A DNA stretch of 64,000 bases from an alpha proteobacterium HIMB59 (GTDB taxonomy: Bacteria; Pseudomonadota; Alphaproteobacteria; HIMB59): positions 25,629-89,628 of the forward strand of contig SGZV01000002.1 in NCBI GenBank assembly GCA_004321805.1, read 5' to 3'. The notes under the pieces are model-generated. The model searched no databases, was not told where the DNA came from, and saw only the letters and a program-made list of their open reading frames with translations. The position numbers were made by a program, and so were the translations under genes. Each line of letters begins with the position of its first letter. Position 1 is the stretch's first letter. This document shows, piece after piece, positions 18,439-29,144 of the stretch.

Positions 18439-19550
18439 AAGAAAACTCTTTCAATAAACCAATATAAACCAATTAGGCCAATAATTCCTGAGATAGGAAA
18501 TTGGATATAAAGTGAATACCAAGGTTGTCTTGATGGTACAATCATCAGTATAAATAATAAAATTATAATTCCAATTTGTGCGACTTCTACTCCTAGATTA
18601 AATGATAACAAACTTAGTATAAGCTGGCTTGTGTTTAGTCCAATATCGCCTAAAACAAAAGCAAAACCCAACCCATGAATTAATCCAAATATAAAAATAA
18701 TTATATATCGAGATAGTGCAGAATTTAATGATAATTTTTTTTGTAAAATATTTTCAAAGGCAATATAGCTAATTGATAAAGCTATCAATGGTTCAATAAT
18801 AAAAGCAGGTATATATACAAGATTAAGACTTGCCAAAATTAAAGTTAAAGAATGAGCTATAGTAAACATTGTTATTTGCCCAATTAATGATTTTAATCTT
18901 AATGAATAAAAGAAGATGCCAATAACAAATAAAATATGATCTAAGCCCTTGGGTACAATATGTTCAATTCCTAATACTAAGTAGTCTACTGCGGTTTGTA
19001 AAAAAGAAGAAGGAAGAGTCTTTGATAATGGCTCTGATACTTCAGCTGGTTTTAAATAACTGGCATATATTACAGTTTGTTTTGAGGTATCGCTAAATTG
19101 CCTTATTACCACATCTCCTATAAATTTATCAAATTGAAGAGTTAGACTATCACTATCAATTAAACTCATAAACTTTAATTTAGTCTCACGAGGTAATTCT
19201 AAATTTTCCTCAGGGATAATATCAATCTTTTCTAACCGAGGACTTAGTGACCCTGATTCATCAACAACTTTTATTTTATTTATAAACTTTATACTTTGAT
19301 CATTAATGATTTTAGCCAACTCCATATCTGAAAGAGCGCGAAATTGGTCATAGATTAAAGACTCAGGGGATTTATTGGTATCTTGATAAGTAGATGCATC
19401 AACATCAGCAAGAACAGTTTCCGCATTAATAGATAATTCTATTGATAGACTTCCATCAAAGATGATAATATCAACAACAGCGGGTTTTATTTCATGAGAA
19501 TTAGTTTGAAAACTAATAAAAACAAAAAATAATATAAAAAACTTTTTCAT
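18435..19550 (-). CDS. HupE/UreJ-family (type 2) membrane protein with N-terminal periplasmic domain, putative Ni/Co uptake
   Basis: Signal peptide then HE; GIEHI..GLDHILF, FTIAHSLTL, FGLIHGLGFA, FNLGVEVAQ. Confidence 0.88.
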   Translation of the reverse strand: MKKFFILFFVFISFQTNSHEIKPAVVDIIIFDGSLSIELSINAETVLADVDASTYQDTNKSPESLIYDQFRALSDMELAKIINDQSIKFINKIKVVDESGSLSPRLEKIDIIPEENLELPRETKLKFMSLIDSDSLTLQFDKFIGDVVIRQFSDTSKQTVIYASYLKPAEVSEPLSKTLPSSFLQTAVDYLVLGIEHIVPKGLDHILFVIGIFFYSLRLKSLIGQITMFTIAHSLTLILASLNLVYIPAFIIEPLIALSISYIAFENILQKKLSLNSALSRYIIIFIFGLIHGLGFAFVLGDIGLNTSQLILSLLSFNLGVEVAQIGIIILLFILMIVPSRQPWYSLYIQFPISGIIGLIGLYWFIERVFF

Positions 19551-19551
19551 T

Positions 19552-20397
19552 ATGAAAACTTATATCAAATTTCTAAACAATAACCTCATTCTTTTAGTCT
19601 TCTTTTTAGTAAATATTTCTATAGTTGAAGCTCATGAATTTTGGATTGAACCTTCAGAATATTTTTTTGAAAACAAGAAATTAGAAGCACATTTGAAAGT
19701 CGGACAAGAATTTCAAGGAATGCGATTAATGTATGATCCACAGAGATTTAAAACCTTTAAAATATTATCAGGATCAAAAAATAAGAAAATAGATGTAGAG
19801 GGAACTTTAGGAGATGTTCCTGCTATAAATTTTAAACCTGACCTTAAAGGATTATTAATCATTTATCATGAAACTGTAGATCAATTAGTTGATTATAAAA
19901 AATTCTCAAAATTTAAATCTTTTGTTACTGAAAAAGGATATAAAAAATTGATAAATGTTCACAAAGAAAAAAAATATCCTTTAGAAAATTTTATAGAAAG
20001 TTATAGACGATATGCTAAATCATTAGTTGCTTATAATGGAATAGAGGGAAAAGATAAAAAAACAGGTTTATTATTTGAATTTGTTTTATCTAACAATCCT
20101 TATAGTCAATTAGAAGATAATCTTATTGAGGCAACCCTTTTCTACAAGAAAAGACCGCTTAAAGAAAATCTTGTAACAATCTTCATAAAAAATGAAAAAG
20201 ATGAAATTATTTTAAAACAAGTTTTCACTGATGATAAAGGTCGTTTTTCTTTCTCCATAAAGCCCGGACAGACATATCTTCTTGATTCTGTAATAATTCT
20301 TCCAAAAAAAGGTAATCCATCAAAGAAAGAGCCTATCTGGCATAGTATTTGGGCTTCTACAACATTTGCCGTTCCAAAAACTTATCTCGAAAAATAA
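19552..20397 (+). CDS. DUF4198-family periplasmic protein (metal-uptake associated)
   Basis: Signal peptide then AHEFWIEP; ESYRRYAKSL, TDDKG, W.S.WASTTF. Confidence 0.8.
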   Translation: MKTYIKFLNNNLILLVFFLVNISIVEAHEFWIEPSEYFFENKKLEAHLKVGQEFQGMRLMYDPQRFKTFKILSGSKNKKIDVEGTLGDVPAINFKPDLKGLLIIYHETVDQLVDYKKFSKFKSFVTEKGYKKLINVHKEKKYPLENFIESYRRYAKSLVAYNGIEGKDKKTGLLFEFVLSNNPYSQLEDNLIEATLFYKKRPLKENLVTIFIKNEKDEIILKQVFTDDKGRFSFSIKPGQTYLLDSVIILPKKGNPSKKEPIWHSIWASTTFAVPKTYLEK

Positions 20398-20427
20398 CTC
20401 GTAAAATTGTAAAATTTTAATATAAAA

Positions 20428-20763
20428 ATGATCTTTTTAAGCAAAGTATTCTTAGCCGCTCTAGTTATAGCATTTGCCAGTTGGCTATCAGGCAAAAAAC
20501 CAGAGCTTTCAGGTTTCATAATTGCTCTCCCGATTGCTAGCATCATCGCAATTGCTTTTTCTTACTTAGAACATAAAAATACTGATAATTCTGTAATTTT
20601 TGCAAAAAGTATTCTGTTAGGGGTTCCGATATCATACTTATTTTTTGTTCCCTTCTTCTTTGCAAAGAGTTTAAATATGAACTTTTGGTTAATTTATGGA
20701 TCAGGCTTGATTTTATTAATAATCGGTTATTTCTTACATAAATATATTACAAATCTTATTTAA
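20428..20763 (+). CDS. Small four-TM membrane protein (DUF3147-like)
   Basis: IAFASWLS.KKP.LSGFIIALP pattern, hydrophobic throughout. Confidence 0.65.
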   Translation: MIFLSKVFLAALVIAFASWLSGKKPELSGFIIALPIASIIAIAFSYLEHKNTDNSVIFAKSILLGVPISYLFFVPFFFAKSLNMNFWLIYGSGLILLIIGYFLHKYITNLI

Positions 20764-21383
20764 TGTTTGAACTTTTTGCTAATGCCACACCCAACGCTAG
20801 AAAAATTTCTATTATGTTAGAGGAAATTCAAAAACCATTTAAGGTAAATTATATTAACTTAGAAAAAGGTGATCAATTTAAAGATGATTTTAAAAAAATT
20901 TCACCATTTTCTAAAATACCAGTTTTAAAAAATACAATTACTAATCAAACTTATTTTGAGTCAGGAGCTATTTTAATTTATCTTGCTGACTTAAGTGGGA
21001 AATTTTATGGCCATAATAAAGATTTAACTAATCAATGGTTAATGGCTCAAATGGCATACGTTGGCCCTATGCTTGGTCAACATCATCAATTTCATTATTA
21101 TAATCATGGGAGAAGTAAATTTGGAGAAGATCGTTTTTTTGAGATTGCAAAATTTATTTATAAGATATTAGATGATCATCTTTCCAAAAATGAATTTTTA
21201 GCACAAGAATATTCCATAGCTGATATAGCTACATTCCCGTGGATTGCAAGACATACTATTCATGATATTGGTCTTGCTAATTATATTCACTTATCTCGCT
21301 GGTATGAAGTGTTAAAAGAAAGACCAGCAGTTATAAAAGGTTATGATTTATTTCTAGATAAATCCTATCCACCAGAAATATAA
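20763..21383 (+). CDS. Glutathione S-transferase (YfcG/YghU-like)
   Basis: TPNARKISIMLEE, SKIP, FESGAILIYLA, YSIADIA. Confidence 0.92.
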   Translation: MFELFANATPNARKISIMLEEIQKPFKVNYINLEKGDQFKDDFKKISPFSKIPVLKNTITNQTYFESGAILIYLADLSGKFYGHNKDLTNQWLMAQMAYVGPMLGQHHQFHYYNHGRSKFGEDRFFEIAKFIYKILDDHLSKNEFLAQEYSIADIATFPWIARHTIHDIGLANYIHLSRWYEVLKERPAVIKGYDLFLDKSYPPEI

Positions 21384-21384
21384 A

Positions 21385-21720
21385 ATGAAAGTTTATTATA
21401 ATGGTTCATGTAATATATGTAATGCTGAGATCTCACATTATAAAAAGATTAAAAAAAATATTAATTATATCGATATATCAAAATCTATGGATAAAGATAT
21501 AAGCCATCTTAGTAAAAAAAATCTTTTTAGAAGAATGCACGTTTATGACCAGGGTAAATTATTTATTGGATCTGAGTCTTTTTTAGTTTTGTGGGAAAAA
21601 ATGCCAAAGCTAAGATATTTGGCTATGTTTCTAAAATTGCCTATATTTAGACAGCTATGGAATGTTATCTATGAACTGGCAGCTATCATATTATATTTGA
21701 AAAACAAATCGAAATTGTAG
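21385..21720 (+). CDS. DCC-family (DUF393) thiol-disulfide oxidoreductase
   Basis: VYYNGSCNIC, RMHV, G.E.F..LW. Confidence 0.85.
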   Translation: MKVYYNGSCNICNAEISHYKKIKKNINYIDISKSMDKDISHLSKKNLFRRMHVYDQGKLFIGSESFLVLWEKMPKLRYLAMFLKLPIFRQLWNVIYELAAIILYLKNKSKL

Positions 21721-21728
21721 GTTTGGAG

Positions 21729-21787
21729 AACCATTCTTGCAGTAAAACCACAAGAATGGTTTTTTTGGAGGATTAAGGTTAATCCTC
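21729..21787 (+). terminator. Two tandem perfect hairpins; the first is followed by a U-run and is the probable terminator of the GST/DCC operon
   Basis: AACCATTCTTG/CAAGAATGGTT (11 bp) plus TTTTT, then GAGGATTA/TAATCCTC (8 bp). Confidence 0.65.
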
Positions 21788-21925
21788 TATTTCTACCTAT
21801 ACAAAATTATATTGGATCAAAAAAAAATCTTTAAAAAATCCAATAAAATCGGTACTTTTAAGATAATTAATTCTTTTTTTAAGATTTTCATTTACATTTT
21901 ATCATTAAAAGTTCACCAACTTTAT

Positions 21926-22636
21926 ATGAAATATAATTGTACCAATTGGGATAAAAATTCATGGCTCTCTTCCGATATATACTTCAATGATTTAAATGAT
22001 CTCTTAATAACAAAACTGAAAATTGACGATAAATGTAAAATTTTAGATATTGGTTGTGGAAGAGGCTATTTACTAAATAATTTATCTACAAAAATTAATT
22101 TTAAAAAAAAACTATATGGTGTTGAGCCGGTTAAACACAAAAAAAATACCAACAAAAAAATAAGTATTTTTAATAAGTCTATTCAAGAATTTCTAAAAGA
22201 AAATACTAACAATTATAATATTATTATTATGAAGCAGGTTCTTCATTTAATACCTAGTGACGAAAGAGAAGCGCTTCTTCATGAACTAAAAAAAATTATT
22301 CCAGTTGATGGAAAACTAGTCATTATGCAAATGAATGAAAAATTTCAACTACCTTGCTTTCCAGCAATGAAAAAATTACTTACCAAAACTTTATCACATC
22401 ATCAAATCATAGAGAATGAATTAAAAAATCTATTCAATATTATCCAAAAAGAGGAATATTCTTTTAAAGTTAATCTTCCTAGAAGTACTTATATAGGTAT
22501 GATTGAAGATAAATTTATATCTGTTCTTGATTATTTATCTAAAGAAGAAATAAAAGAGGGATGCGAATATATTCAAAGTCGATATCCTTCAAATATTTCA
22601 TTTATTGATAAATTAAAAATTAATATATTTGGCTAA
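21926..22636 (+). CDS. Class I SAM-dependent methyltransferase
   Basis: ILDIGCGRG, GVEP, KQVLH; ATG 21926 preferred over the upstream TTG 21812. Confidence 0.85.
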   Translation: MKYNCTNWDKNSWLSSDIYFNDLNDLLITKLKIDDKCKILDIGCGRGYLLNNLSTKINFKKKLYGVEPVKHKKNTNKKISIFNKSIQEFLKENTNNYNIIIMKQVLHLIPSDEREALLHELKKIIPVDGKLVIMQMNEKFQLPCFPAMKKLLTKTLSHHQIIENELKNLFNIIQKEEYSFKVNLPRSTYIGMIEDKFISVLDYLSKEEIKEGCEYIQSRYPSNISFIDKLKINIFG

Positions 22637-23494
22637 TTATTTTACTTTTTGTAGATAAAAATTACCTAATATTACAATAGTACTTCCTATGATTATTAAA
22701 AAAGAGATTTTTTCATTTAATAATAAAATTGTTAGAAGTATTCCAAACACTGGAAATAGACTATAAAAAGGTAATACTGTTTTGACCTGATAATGTTTAT
22801 ATAACCACAACATCAATATTTGTGCTAAACAGGAAACAACAATTCCAGAATACAATGCAGGTGTGTAAGCTATCCAATTATGATTAAAAATATTTTTTAA
22901 TTCATTGTTTTCAAAAATTAAAACTAATGAAATCATTAAAGGAAACGAAAATATTGCCATCCAGCTATTTACTTCAATAGAACTAAATTCATTTAGTTTT
23001 TTCGATATCATTGATGCTGATCCATATGCAAAAGCAGCTAAAATTCCATAAATTAAACTTAATCTTGATTGAAAAACTATAGGATCAAAGCAAATCAGCG
23101 TTAAACCTAAAAGCACTATTCCAATAAAAAACCATCTACGCCCAGTTACTCTTTCTCTTAAATATACAGAACTTAAAACAACTCCTATAGGTATTGATAA
23201 CTGCATTATCAAAATCATTGATGATGTAGATAGCGTATTTTCTAGTGATAAATACATAAATGGATAAAGACCGAGTCCCATCAATAATCCATATCCAACA
23301 ATATATTTAAAATTTTTGTGATGAGTTGTTTTCCATTTTAGGAAGGGTAAAAGTAATATAAACATTGGAAGTATTCTTAATAAAGAAAATATTAAAGGAG
23401 ATATATTTTCATTTAATCCAATCTTACCAATTGGATAAGAGCTACCAAAGAGAATCATCACAAGTAAAGTGATGAGTAGATGGGGAATAGTCAC
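22637..23494 (-). CDS. DMT/EamA-family transporter
   Basis: About 10 TM segments in two repeats, YLRER and LLNEKIS motifs; GTGA overlap with the folC stop. Confidence 0.88.
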   Translation of the reverse strand: MTIPHLLITLLVMILFGSSYPIGKIGLNENISPLIFSLLRILPMFILLLPFLKWKTTHHKNFKYIVGYGLLMGLGLYPFMYLSLENTLSTSSMILIMQLSIPIGVVLSSVYLRERVTGRRWFFIGIVLLGLTLICFDPIVFQSRLSLIYGILAAFAYGSASMISKKLNEFSSIEVNSWMAIFSFPLMISLVLIFENNELKNIFNHNWIAYTPALYSGIVVSCLAQILMLWLYKHYQVKTVLPFYSLFPVFGILLTILLLNEKISFLIIIGSTIVILGNFYLQKVK

Positions 23495-24735
23495 TTGGAT
23501 TTATTCAATTTTAATACTTCTCCAATAAAATAAAGAGAACCACCAAAATAAATAGATGTTTTTGATGAAGTATATTTGTTAATTAATGAAAAACTTTGTT
23601 TTAAAGATTGAGAAAATAAATTATGAAACTTTTTAGGTATATCATCTTTATTGATAGAATTTTCTTCATTCATTTTAACTACAATAATTTTATTAAAATG
23701 TTTAGATAATTCACTGAGCATATATGAATACTTTTTATTATTTAAAAATGAACAAATAAGAATTTTTCTATTTTTTTCTAATGATTTAATTAATACTTTC
23801 ATTCCATCAATATTATGAAAGCCATCTAAATAAATATTTTTATATTTATGAACATATTTCAATAATTTACCTTGAGAAATTAATTGTAATCGACCATCCC
23901 AATGACATTTGCTAAGAGCTTTTTCAGTAGATTTAATTTCAAAATTATTTTTTAATAAGTTTCGTGATATGTGTATTGCTAATCCGGCATTACTTTTTTG
24001 ATGATCACCGATAAGATTTAAATTTGATATATCAATTTTTACATCATCAGAAATATAAAAATTGGATTTTATTTTCCATTCTTGGTTATAAACACTTGCA
24101 ATTATTTTTCTTCTTTCAAGTTCTGATAAAATAAATTTCATCACAGATGGCTTTTGCTTATTAATAAAATTGATACTTTTTTTATTAAAAATTCCTAATT
24201 TTTCAAAAGCTATTTTGGATAAAGAATTTCCTAAGTAGTCTTGATGATCAAGTGAAATTGGAGTAATTGCTGCATATTTCCTACCATTAATTATATTAGT
24301 TGCATCAAATCTACCACCTAACCCAACTTCTAATATCAAAAAATCAGCTGTATGATCTTGAAAGGCTTTAAAGGCTGCGGCAGTAGTAATTTCGAAAAAT
24401 GTAATTAATCTTCCATTATTCACCTTTTCGCAAACACTTAAATATTCTAGAAGCTTTGATTTACTAATATTTTTGGAATTTAGTTGGATACGTTCATTAA
24501 AACTAACTAAGTGTGGAGTTGTGTAAATGTGTGTTGAGTAACCATGTTCATTCAATATAAATTTTAAAATAGAGGCAGTAGACCCTTTACCATTCGTTCC
24601 CCCAATGTGAATAATTTCTGGTAATTTTTTTTCATCAAATTTAATATCTTTTAATAGTTTTTCGATACGCCCAAGTGAAAGATCAGAAAATTTTGGATGA
24701 AGCTTTAATAGCCTTTTAAAAATAGGGTCTTCCAA
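23491..24735 (-). CDS. folC: Folylpolyglutamate synthase/dihydrofolate synthase
   Basis: HIGGTNGKGS, TPHL..FNERI, LEVGLGGRFDATN, DH..YLG. Confidence 0.95.
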   Translation of the reverse strand: MEDPIFKRLLKLHPKFSDLSLGRIEKLLKDIKFDEKKLPEIIHIGGTNGKGSTASILKFILNEHGYSTHIYTTPHLVSFNERIQLNSKNISKSKLLEYLSVCEKVNNGRLITFFEITTAAAFKAFQDHTADFLILEVGLGGRFDATNIINGRKYAAITPISLDHQDYLGNSLSKIAFEKLGIFNKKSINFINKQKPSVMKFILSELERRKIIASVYNQEWKIKSNFYISDDVKIDISNLNLIGDHQKSNAGLAIHISRNLLKNNFEIKSTEKALSKCHWDGRLQLISQGKLLKYVHKYKNIYLDGFHNIDGMKVLIKSLEKNRKILICSFLNNKKYSYMLSELSKHFNKIIVVKMNEENSINKDDIPKKFHNLFSQSLKQSFSLINKYTSSKTSIYFGGSLYFIGEVLKLNKSK

Positions 24736-24740
24736 AGAAT

Positions 24741-25586
24741 TTATTTTTTAAGAAACGATAGAACACGTGAAAGAGATTCACGCAATTCTTTTCGATGGAC
24801 TACCATATCAATCATTCCGTGTTCTAGAAGATATTCTGCAGTTTGGAAGTCTTCAGGAAGTTGTTCATTGATCGTTTTTTCAATTACTCTCTTCCCGGCA
24901 AAGCCAATCATGCTTCCTTTTTCAGCAATGATAATATCACCAAGCATTGCAAACGACGCACTTACCCCTCCAGTAGTAGGGTGTGTTAGGACACTAATAA
25001 AAGGTATTTTTTTTTGATCTAACAAATTGACTGCAGCAACTGTTTTTGGAAGTTGCATTAAGCTAACTATGCCTTCTTGCATTCTAGCGCCACCAGAAGA
25101 TGCAATAGAAATAAAAGGGCATTGAAGCTCAACCGATTTTTGGCAAGCAATCTTAAATGCTTCTCCTACATACTGCCCCATAGAGCCGCCCATAAAACTA
25201 AAGTCTAATAAAAATATACAAACTTTTTGACCACCAATATTTCCTGTTGCAACAATAGCAGCATCTTTTTGATTAGTTTTTTGTTGTGCTGCTTTTAGTC
25301 GATCGGTGTATTTTTTCAAATCCTTAAATTGAAGGGGGTCATTATTATCAAATGGTATATCTATTAATTCATAAACTTGATCATCAAATAATTGTTTAAA
25401 GCGATTATCGAAATTAATATACATATGTTGATCACAATAAGAACAAACATGTAAATTTTCCTTGAGATCACTAACATAAAGCATTCTTTCGCCACATCCA
25501 CATTTTGTCCATAAATCAGAAGGAGGATCTTTTCGATTAACTAGAGAACTTAACTTCGGTTTTACAAAATCTGTTAACCAATTCAT
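24741..25586 (-). CDS. accD: Acetyl-CoA carboxylase carboxyltransferase beta subunit
   Basis: FMGGSMG, SGGARMQEG, PTTGGVSASFA, FQTAEYLLEHG. Confidence 0.97.
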   Translation of the reverse strand: MNWLTDFVKPKLSSLVNRKDPPSDLWTKCGCGERMLYVSDLKENLHVCSYCDQHMYINFDNRFKQLFDDQVYELIDIPFDNNDPLQFKDLKKYTDRLKAAQQKTNQKDAAIVATGNIGGQKVCIFLLDFSFMGGSMGQYVGEAFKIACQKSVELQCPFISIASSGGARMQEGIVSLMQLPKTVAAVNLLDQKKIPFISVLTHPTTGGVSASFAMLGDIIIAEKGSMIGFAGKRVIEKTINEQLPEDFQTAEYLLEHGMIDMVVHRKELRESLSRVLSFLKK

Positions 25587-25588
25587 AA

Positions 25589-26365
25589 TTAAATTTTAAC
25601 CTCGTTAATAAACTTTCTCAAAGAGATAATGTACTTATTAAAATTCATCTTAGCGTCAAAATATTTTTGAATTAATGCGGATCCAATAATAATTCCATCA
25701 GCATTAGTTTTTTTAGAGATAGCAAGAGCATCTTTTTTAGATTTAATACCAAAACCAACAAGAACAGGGGTTTTAGTGAGTTTTTTGAGGGAGGATACAT
25801 TTTTACTGATTTCTGAATAGTCGAGTTTATTTGAGCCTGTAATGCCTGTGGCAGATATATAGTAAATAAAACCTTTTGCTTCTTTAAGAAGACGTTTTGA
25901 TCTGATTTTATCTGTCATAGGTGAGATAAGCTTAATTAAATGAACATTACTCTTGTCTAGAAGTTTTTTGGTTTCCGCTTCTTCTTCAAAAGGTAAATCA
26001 ACTAATATAATTCCATCAACAATTCCTTTAATATCAGATATAAATTTTTTAATCCCATATTTTTGTACGGTATTTAAATAACACATAATTACAAAAGATG
26101 TTTGGTTGCTATCTTTTCGCAGTTGCTTAATAAGATTTAAAGATTGCTTCGTGGTAATTTTAGACTTTAACGCTATTTTACTAGACTCTTGAATAATAGG
26201 GCCGTCAGCCATAGGATCTGAAAAAGGAAGACCAAACTCAATAATATTAGGTTGATGAGATAAAATCTCCTGAAAGATTTTTTTACTATGGGTAAGATTT
26301 GGAAAACCACAAGTCATAAATAAAGATAGAATTTTTTTTGAGGGGAGGTTGTCTAGCCTATTCAT
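25589..26365 (-). CDS. trpA: Tryptophan synthase alpha chain
   Basis: [32 protein letters not shown]; start moved to ATG 26365 (MNRLD). Confidence 0.95.
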   Translation of the reverse strand: MNRLDNLPSKKILSLFMTCGFPNLTHSKKIFQEILSHQPNIIEFGLPFSDPMADGPIIQESSKIALKSKITTKQSLNLIKQLRKDSNQTSFVIMCYLNTVQKYGIKKFISDIKGIVDGIILVDLPFEEEAETKKLLDKSNVHLIKLISPMTDKIRSKRLLKEAKGFIYYISATGITGSNKLDYSEISKNVSSLKKLTKTPVLVGFGIKSKKDALAISKKTNADGIIIGSALIQKYFDAKMNFNKYIISLRKFINEVKI

Positions 26366-27563
26366 CTGCGTCAAACCCAATTGCTTTAGCGGCAGTAAAT
26401 AAATCTTTATCTCCTCTACCACATAAATTTAAAATAACTGTTTTGCCTTTATGTTTGTTTTTAAAAGCTTTTATCAGATAGGCAAGCGCATGAGAAGGCT
26501 CAAGAGCTGGAATGATACCCTCAAGCTTAGAGCAAAGCTGAAAAGCACTTAATGCCTCTTTATCTGTAACACCAAAATATTGAGCTCTTTTTATATCTTT
26601 TAAGTAAGAATGCTCTGGTCCTACGCCCGGGTAATCAAGTCCAGCTGAAATTGAATGTGCTTCTTTAATTTGACCATCGTTATCTTGAAGAACATAGCTA
26701 TAGCTTCCATGAAGAATACCAGGAGTACCAGAAGTCATTGTTGCAGCAGTTTGATTAGTTTTAGGACCTTTTCCAGCTGCCTCAACTCCAATAATTTTTA
26801 CATTTTTGTCATTAAGGAAGGGGTAAAATAAACCCATCGCATTAGATCCACCACCTACACAGGCAATCAGATAGTCAGGTAATTTTTTTTCAACTTTTAA
26901 AATTTGTTCGCGAGCTTCTTTTCCAATAACTGATTGAAAATCACGAACCATTTTAGGATAGGGGTGTGGTCCTGCAGTTGACCCTATGATATAAAAAGTG
27001 TCTCTTACATTTTTAATCCAATCACGCAGAGCTTCATTCATTGCATCTTTAAGAGACTTACTTCCGGATTCAACTGGAATGATATTAGCCCCTAATAGCT
27101 TCATTCTAAAAACATTAGGCTTTTGTCGTTCAATATCTTTTGATCCCATGTAGATATTACATGGAAGCCCAAATAAAGCACAAACAGTTGCTGTTGCTAC
27201 ACCATGTTGACCAGCACCAGTTTCAGCAATAATTCTTGTTTTACCCATTTTCTTAGCAAGTAGTATCTGCCCAAGACAATTATTAATTTTATGAGCTCCA
27301 GTATGATTGAGCTCATCTCTTTTAAAGTAGACTTTTGGACCATTAATATATGATGATAAATTTTTTGCATGATGAAGTGAGGATGGGCGCCCAACATAAT
27401 TTTTAAACAAGTCAGATAGCTCTTTTTGAAATTTTTTATCTTTTTGGATTTTTTGGTATGAGGTATCTAGATCAAGAAGTAAAGGCATTAATGTTTCTGA
27501 GACATACATTCCTCCGTATTCGCCAAAGCGACCTAAGGTATTTGGTTCATTATATTTATTCAT
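26358..27563 (-). CDS. trpB: Tryptophan synthase beta chain
   Basis: [39 protein letters not shown]. Confidence 0.98.
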   Translation of the reverse strand: MNKYNEPNTLGRFGEYGGMYVSETLMPLLLDLDTSYQKIQKDKKFQKELSDLFKNYVGRPSSLHHAKNLSSYINGPKVYFKRDELNHTGAHKINNCLGQILLAKKMGKTRIIAETGAGQHGVATATVCALFGLPCNIYMGSKDIERQKPNVFRMKLLGANIIPVESGSKSLKDAMNEALRDWIKNVRDTFYIIGSTAGPHPYPKMVRDFQSVIGKEAREQILKVEKKLPDYLIACVGGGSNAMGLFYPFLNDKNVKIIGVEAAGKGPKTNQTAATMTSGTPGILHGSYSYVLQDNDGQIKEAHSISAGLDYPGVGPEHSYLKDIKRAQYFGVTDKEALSAFQLCSKLEGIIPALEPSHALAYLIKAFKNKHKGKTVILNLCGRGDKDLFTAAKAIGFDADE

Positions 27564-28182
27564 TTTTTAATGATGAAATTAAACTATCAATTAATGAAAG
27601 GTTTTTTTCACCCTTTATTTCCTCTACGCCTGAATTTATATCAACAAAATTAGCACCTGTTAAGTTAATTGCCTGAGATAAATTATCTTGATTTAAGCCT
27701 CCAGATAAAATAAATGGTAATTTTTTTGGATTATTAAAATCATTCCAATTCCAAGTTCTATTATTACCTCCAGGTTGGTCATTTATAGAAGGATCACCTT
27801 CAATTAAAAATCTTGTAACATTTTTGAGAGCAGTATCTTGGAAGTTTTTGGGAGAAATTGATTTATAAATATCTTTTTTAAAATAATCTTTTATCCCGTT
27901 TATATCATCTTGATTTTCATTTCCATGTAATTGGATAGTATCAAAGTCAAATATATTCAACTTTTCTTCAATATCTTTCATTGTAGGATTAACGAAGACT
28001 CCTACAAATTTGTCTTTATAACTATGAAAATATTGATTGATTATTTGAAGAGTACCATATTCTAAATTTCTTGGACTTTTTTCATAAAAAATTAAACCTT
28101 GTTGATCAACTCCCATATTTAAACAATGTTCAATTATTGCTGGATTAGTTTGTCCACAAATTTTGATTTTGATATTTTTCAT
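27556..28182 (-). CDS. trpF: Phosphoribosylanthranilate isomerase
   Basis: [34 protein letters not shown]. Confidence 0.95.
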   Translation of the reverse strand: MKNIKIKICGQTNPAIIEHCLNMGVDQQGLIFYEKSPRNLEYGTLQIINQYFHSYKDKFVGVFVNPTMKDIEEKLNIFDFDTIQLHGNENQDDINGIKDYFKKDIYKSISPKNFQDTALKNVTRFLIEGDPSINDQPGGNNRTWNWNDFNNPKKLPFILSGGLNQDNLSQAINLTGANFVDINSGVEEIKGEKNLSLIDSLISSLKNE

Positions 28183-28852
28183 AATATTTTTGGAGCATAG
28201 ACTTTGGATCTTTGCTATTGATTAATTCTCTACCAATTACAACAAAATTAGCACCTAAGTTGAGAGCATCATGGACATATGTAACTCTTTTTTGATCATC
28301 TTTTCTATTAAACATTTTAACCCCTGGTGTGATTTTGAGTAAACTTTTAAATCTTTTAATCTCTGATAGATCGCTGCCTGCGCAAATTATTCCATTTATC
28401 TCTGACTTCTTCGCTAATGATGCAAACTTCTTAACTAGTTTAGCGGTGTCGTGTTCATTATAAATGTCTCGGCTATCTTTACTATCGAGGCTTGTTAAGA
28501 GAGTGACGCCCAATAGCTTTGTTTTCATTTTTTTTTGTTTGATTGTTGATAATGCATATTTCATCATTGTACTACCACCCGAGATGTGGATTGTTAAATA
28601 ATCGGGATTTATTTTAGATAGAGACTCTAAAGCACTTCCTACTGTATTAGGAATATCATGAAGTTTTAAATCAAGAAATAGTTTTGATTTATTTTTTTTT
28701 ATTTCTTTGATTAGCCTATCTGAGTTGATATTATAAAATGATCGATAACCAACTTTAAATCCATAAACATAGGGGTGTAGTTTTTTTACAACTTTTAAAT
28801 TCTCGTGATTAGTTTTGCTATCGAGTGCTATAAATGCTCTAAATTTTTTCAT
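28145..28852 (-). CDS. pyrF: Orotidine-5'-phosphate decarboxylase
   Basis: IALD, FLDLKLHDIPNTV, VTLLTS, TPG, DDQKR. Confidence 0.96.
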   Translation of the reverse strand: MKKFRAFIALDSKTNHENLKVVKKLHPYVYGFKVGYRSFYNINSDRLIKEIKKNKSKLFLDLKLHDIPNTVGSALESLSKINPDYLTIHISGGSTMMKYALSTIKQKKMKTKLLGVTLLTSLDSKDSRDIYNEHDTAKLVKKFASLAKKSEINGIICAGSDLSEIKRFKSLLKITPGVKMFNRKDDQKRVTYVHDALNLGANFVVIGRELINSKDPKSMLQKYYEKYQNQNLWTN

Positions 28853-29144
28853 TCAATCTTCTATTTAAATTCTCACTTATTTTAAAAGATACTTTCCACT
28901 TCGAAGGTATATAGATCTTTTTTTTATTTCTTGGGTCCGAACCAAATCGTGATGGCATTAATTTTGACCGGAACACTCCAAAATTTCTCAGTTCAATTGT
29001 CTGGTGTTTTATTAATGACTCCTCCAATAGATCAAAGAACCTATTAAATATAGCTTCATTAATCTGAGGAGTTAAATCATTTTCAGATTGTAAAAAGGAC
29101 TTTAAAAGGTCAGATTTATTCTGCTTTGGTGTCCTTGTCTTCAT
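28839..29144 (-). CDS. ihfB: Integration host factor beta / HU-family protein
   Basis: IELRNFGVF, G.DPR; directly downstream of rpsA. Confidence 0.85.
   Translation of the reverse strand: MKTRTPKQNKSDLLKSFLQSENDLTPQINEAIFNRFFDLLEESLIKHQTIELRNFGVFRSKLMPSRFGSDPRNKKKIYIPSKWKVSFKISENLNRRLNEKI

Noticed and set aside
21812-21925. TTG-initiated N-terminal extension of the methyltransferase, and short minus-strand frames in the same stretch
   Set aside because: Low-complexity K/I/F sequence without RBS; the methyltransferase-like sequence begins at ATG 21926.
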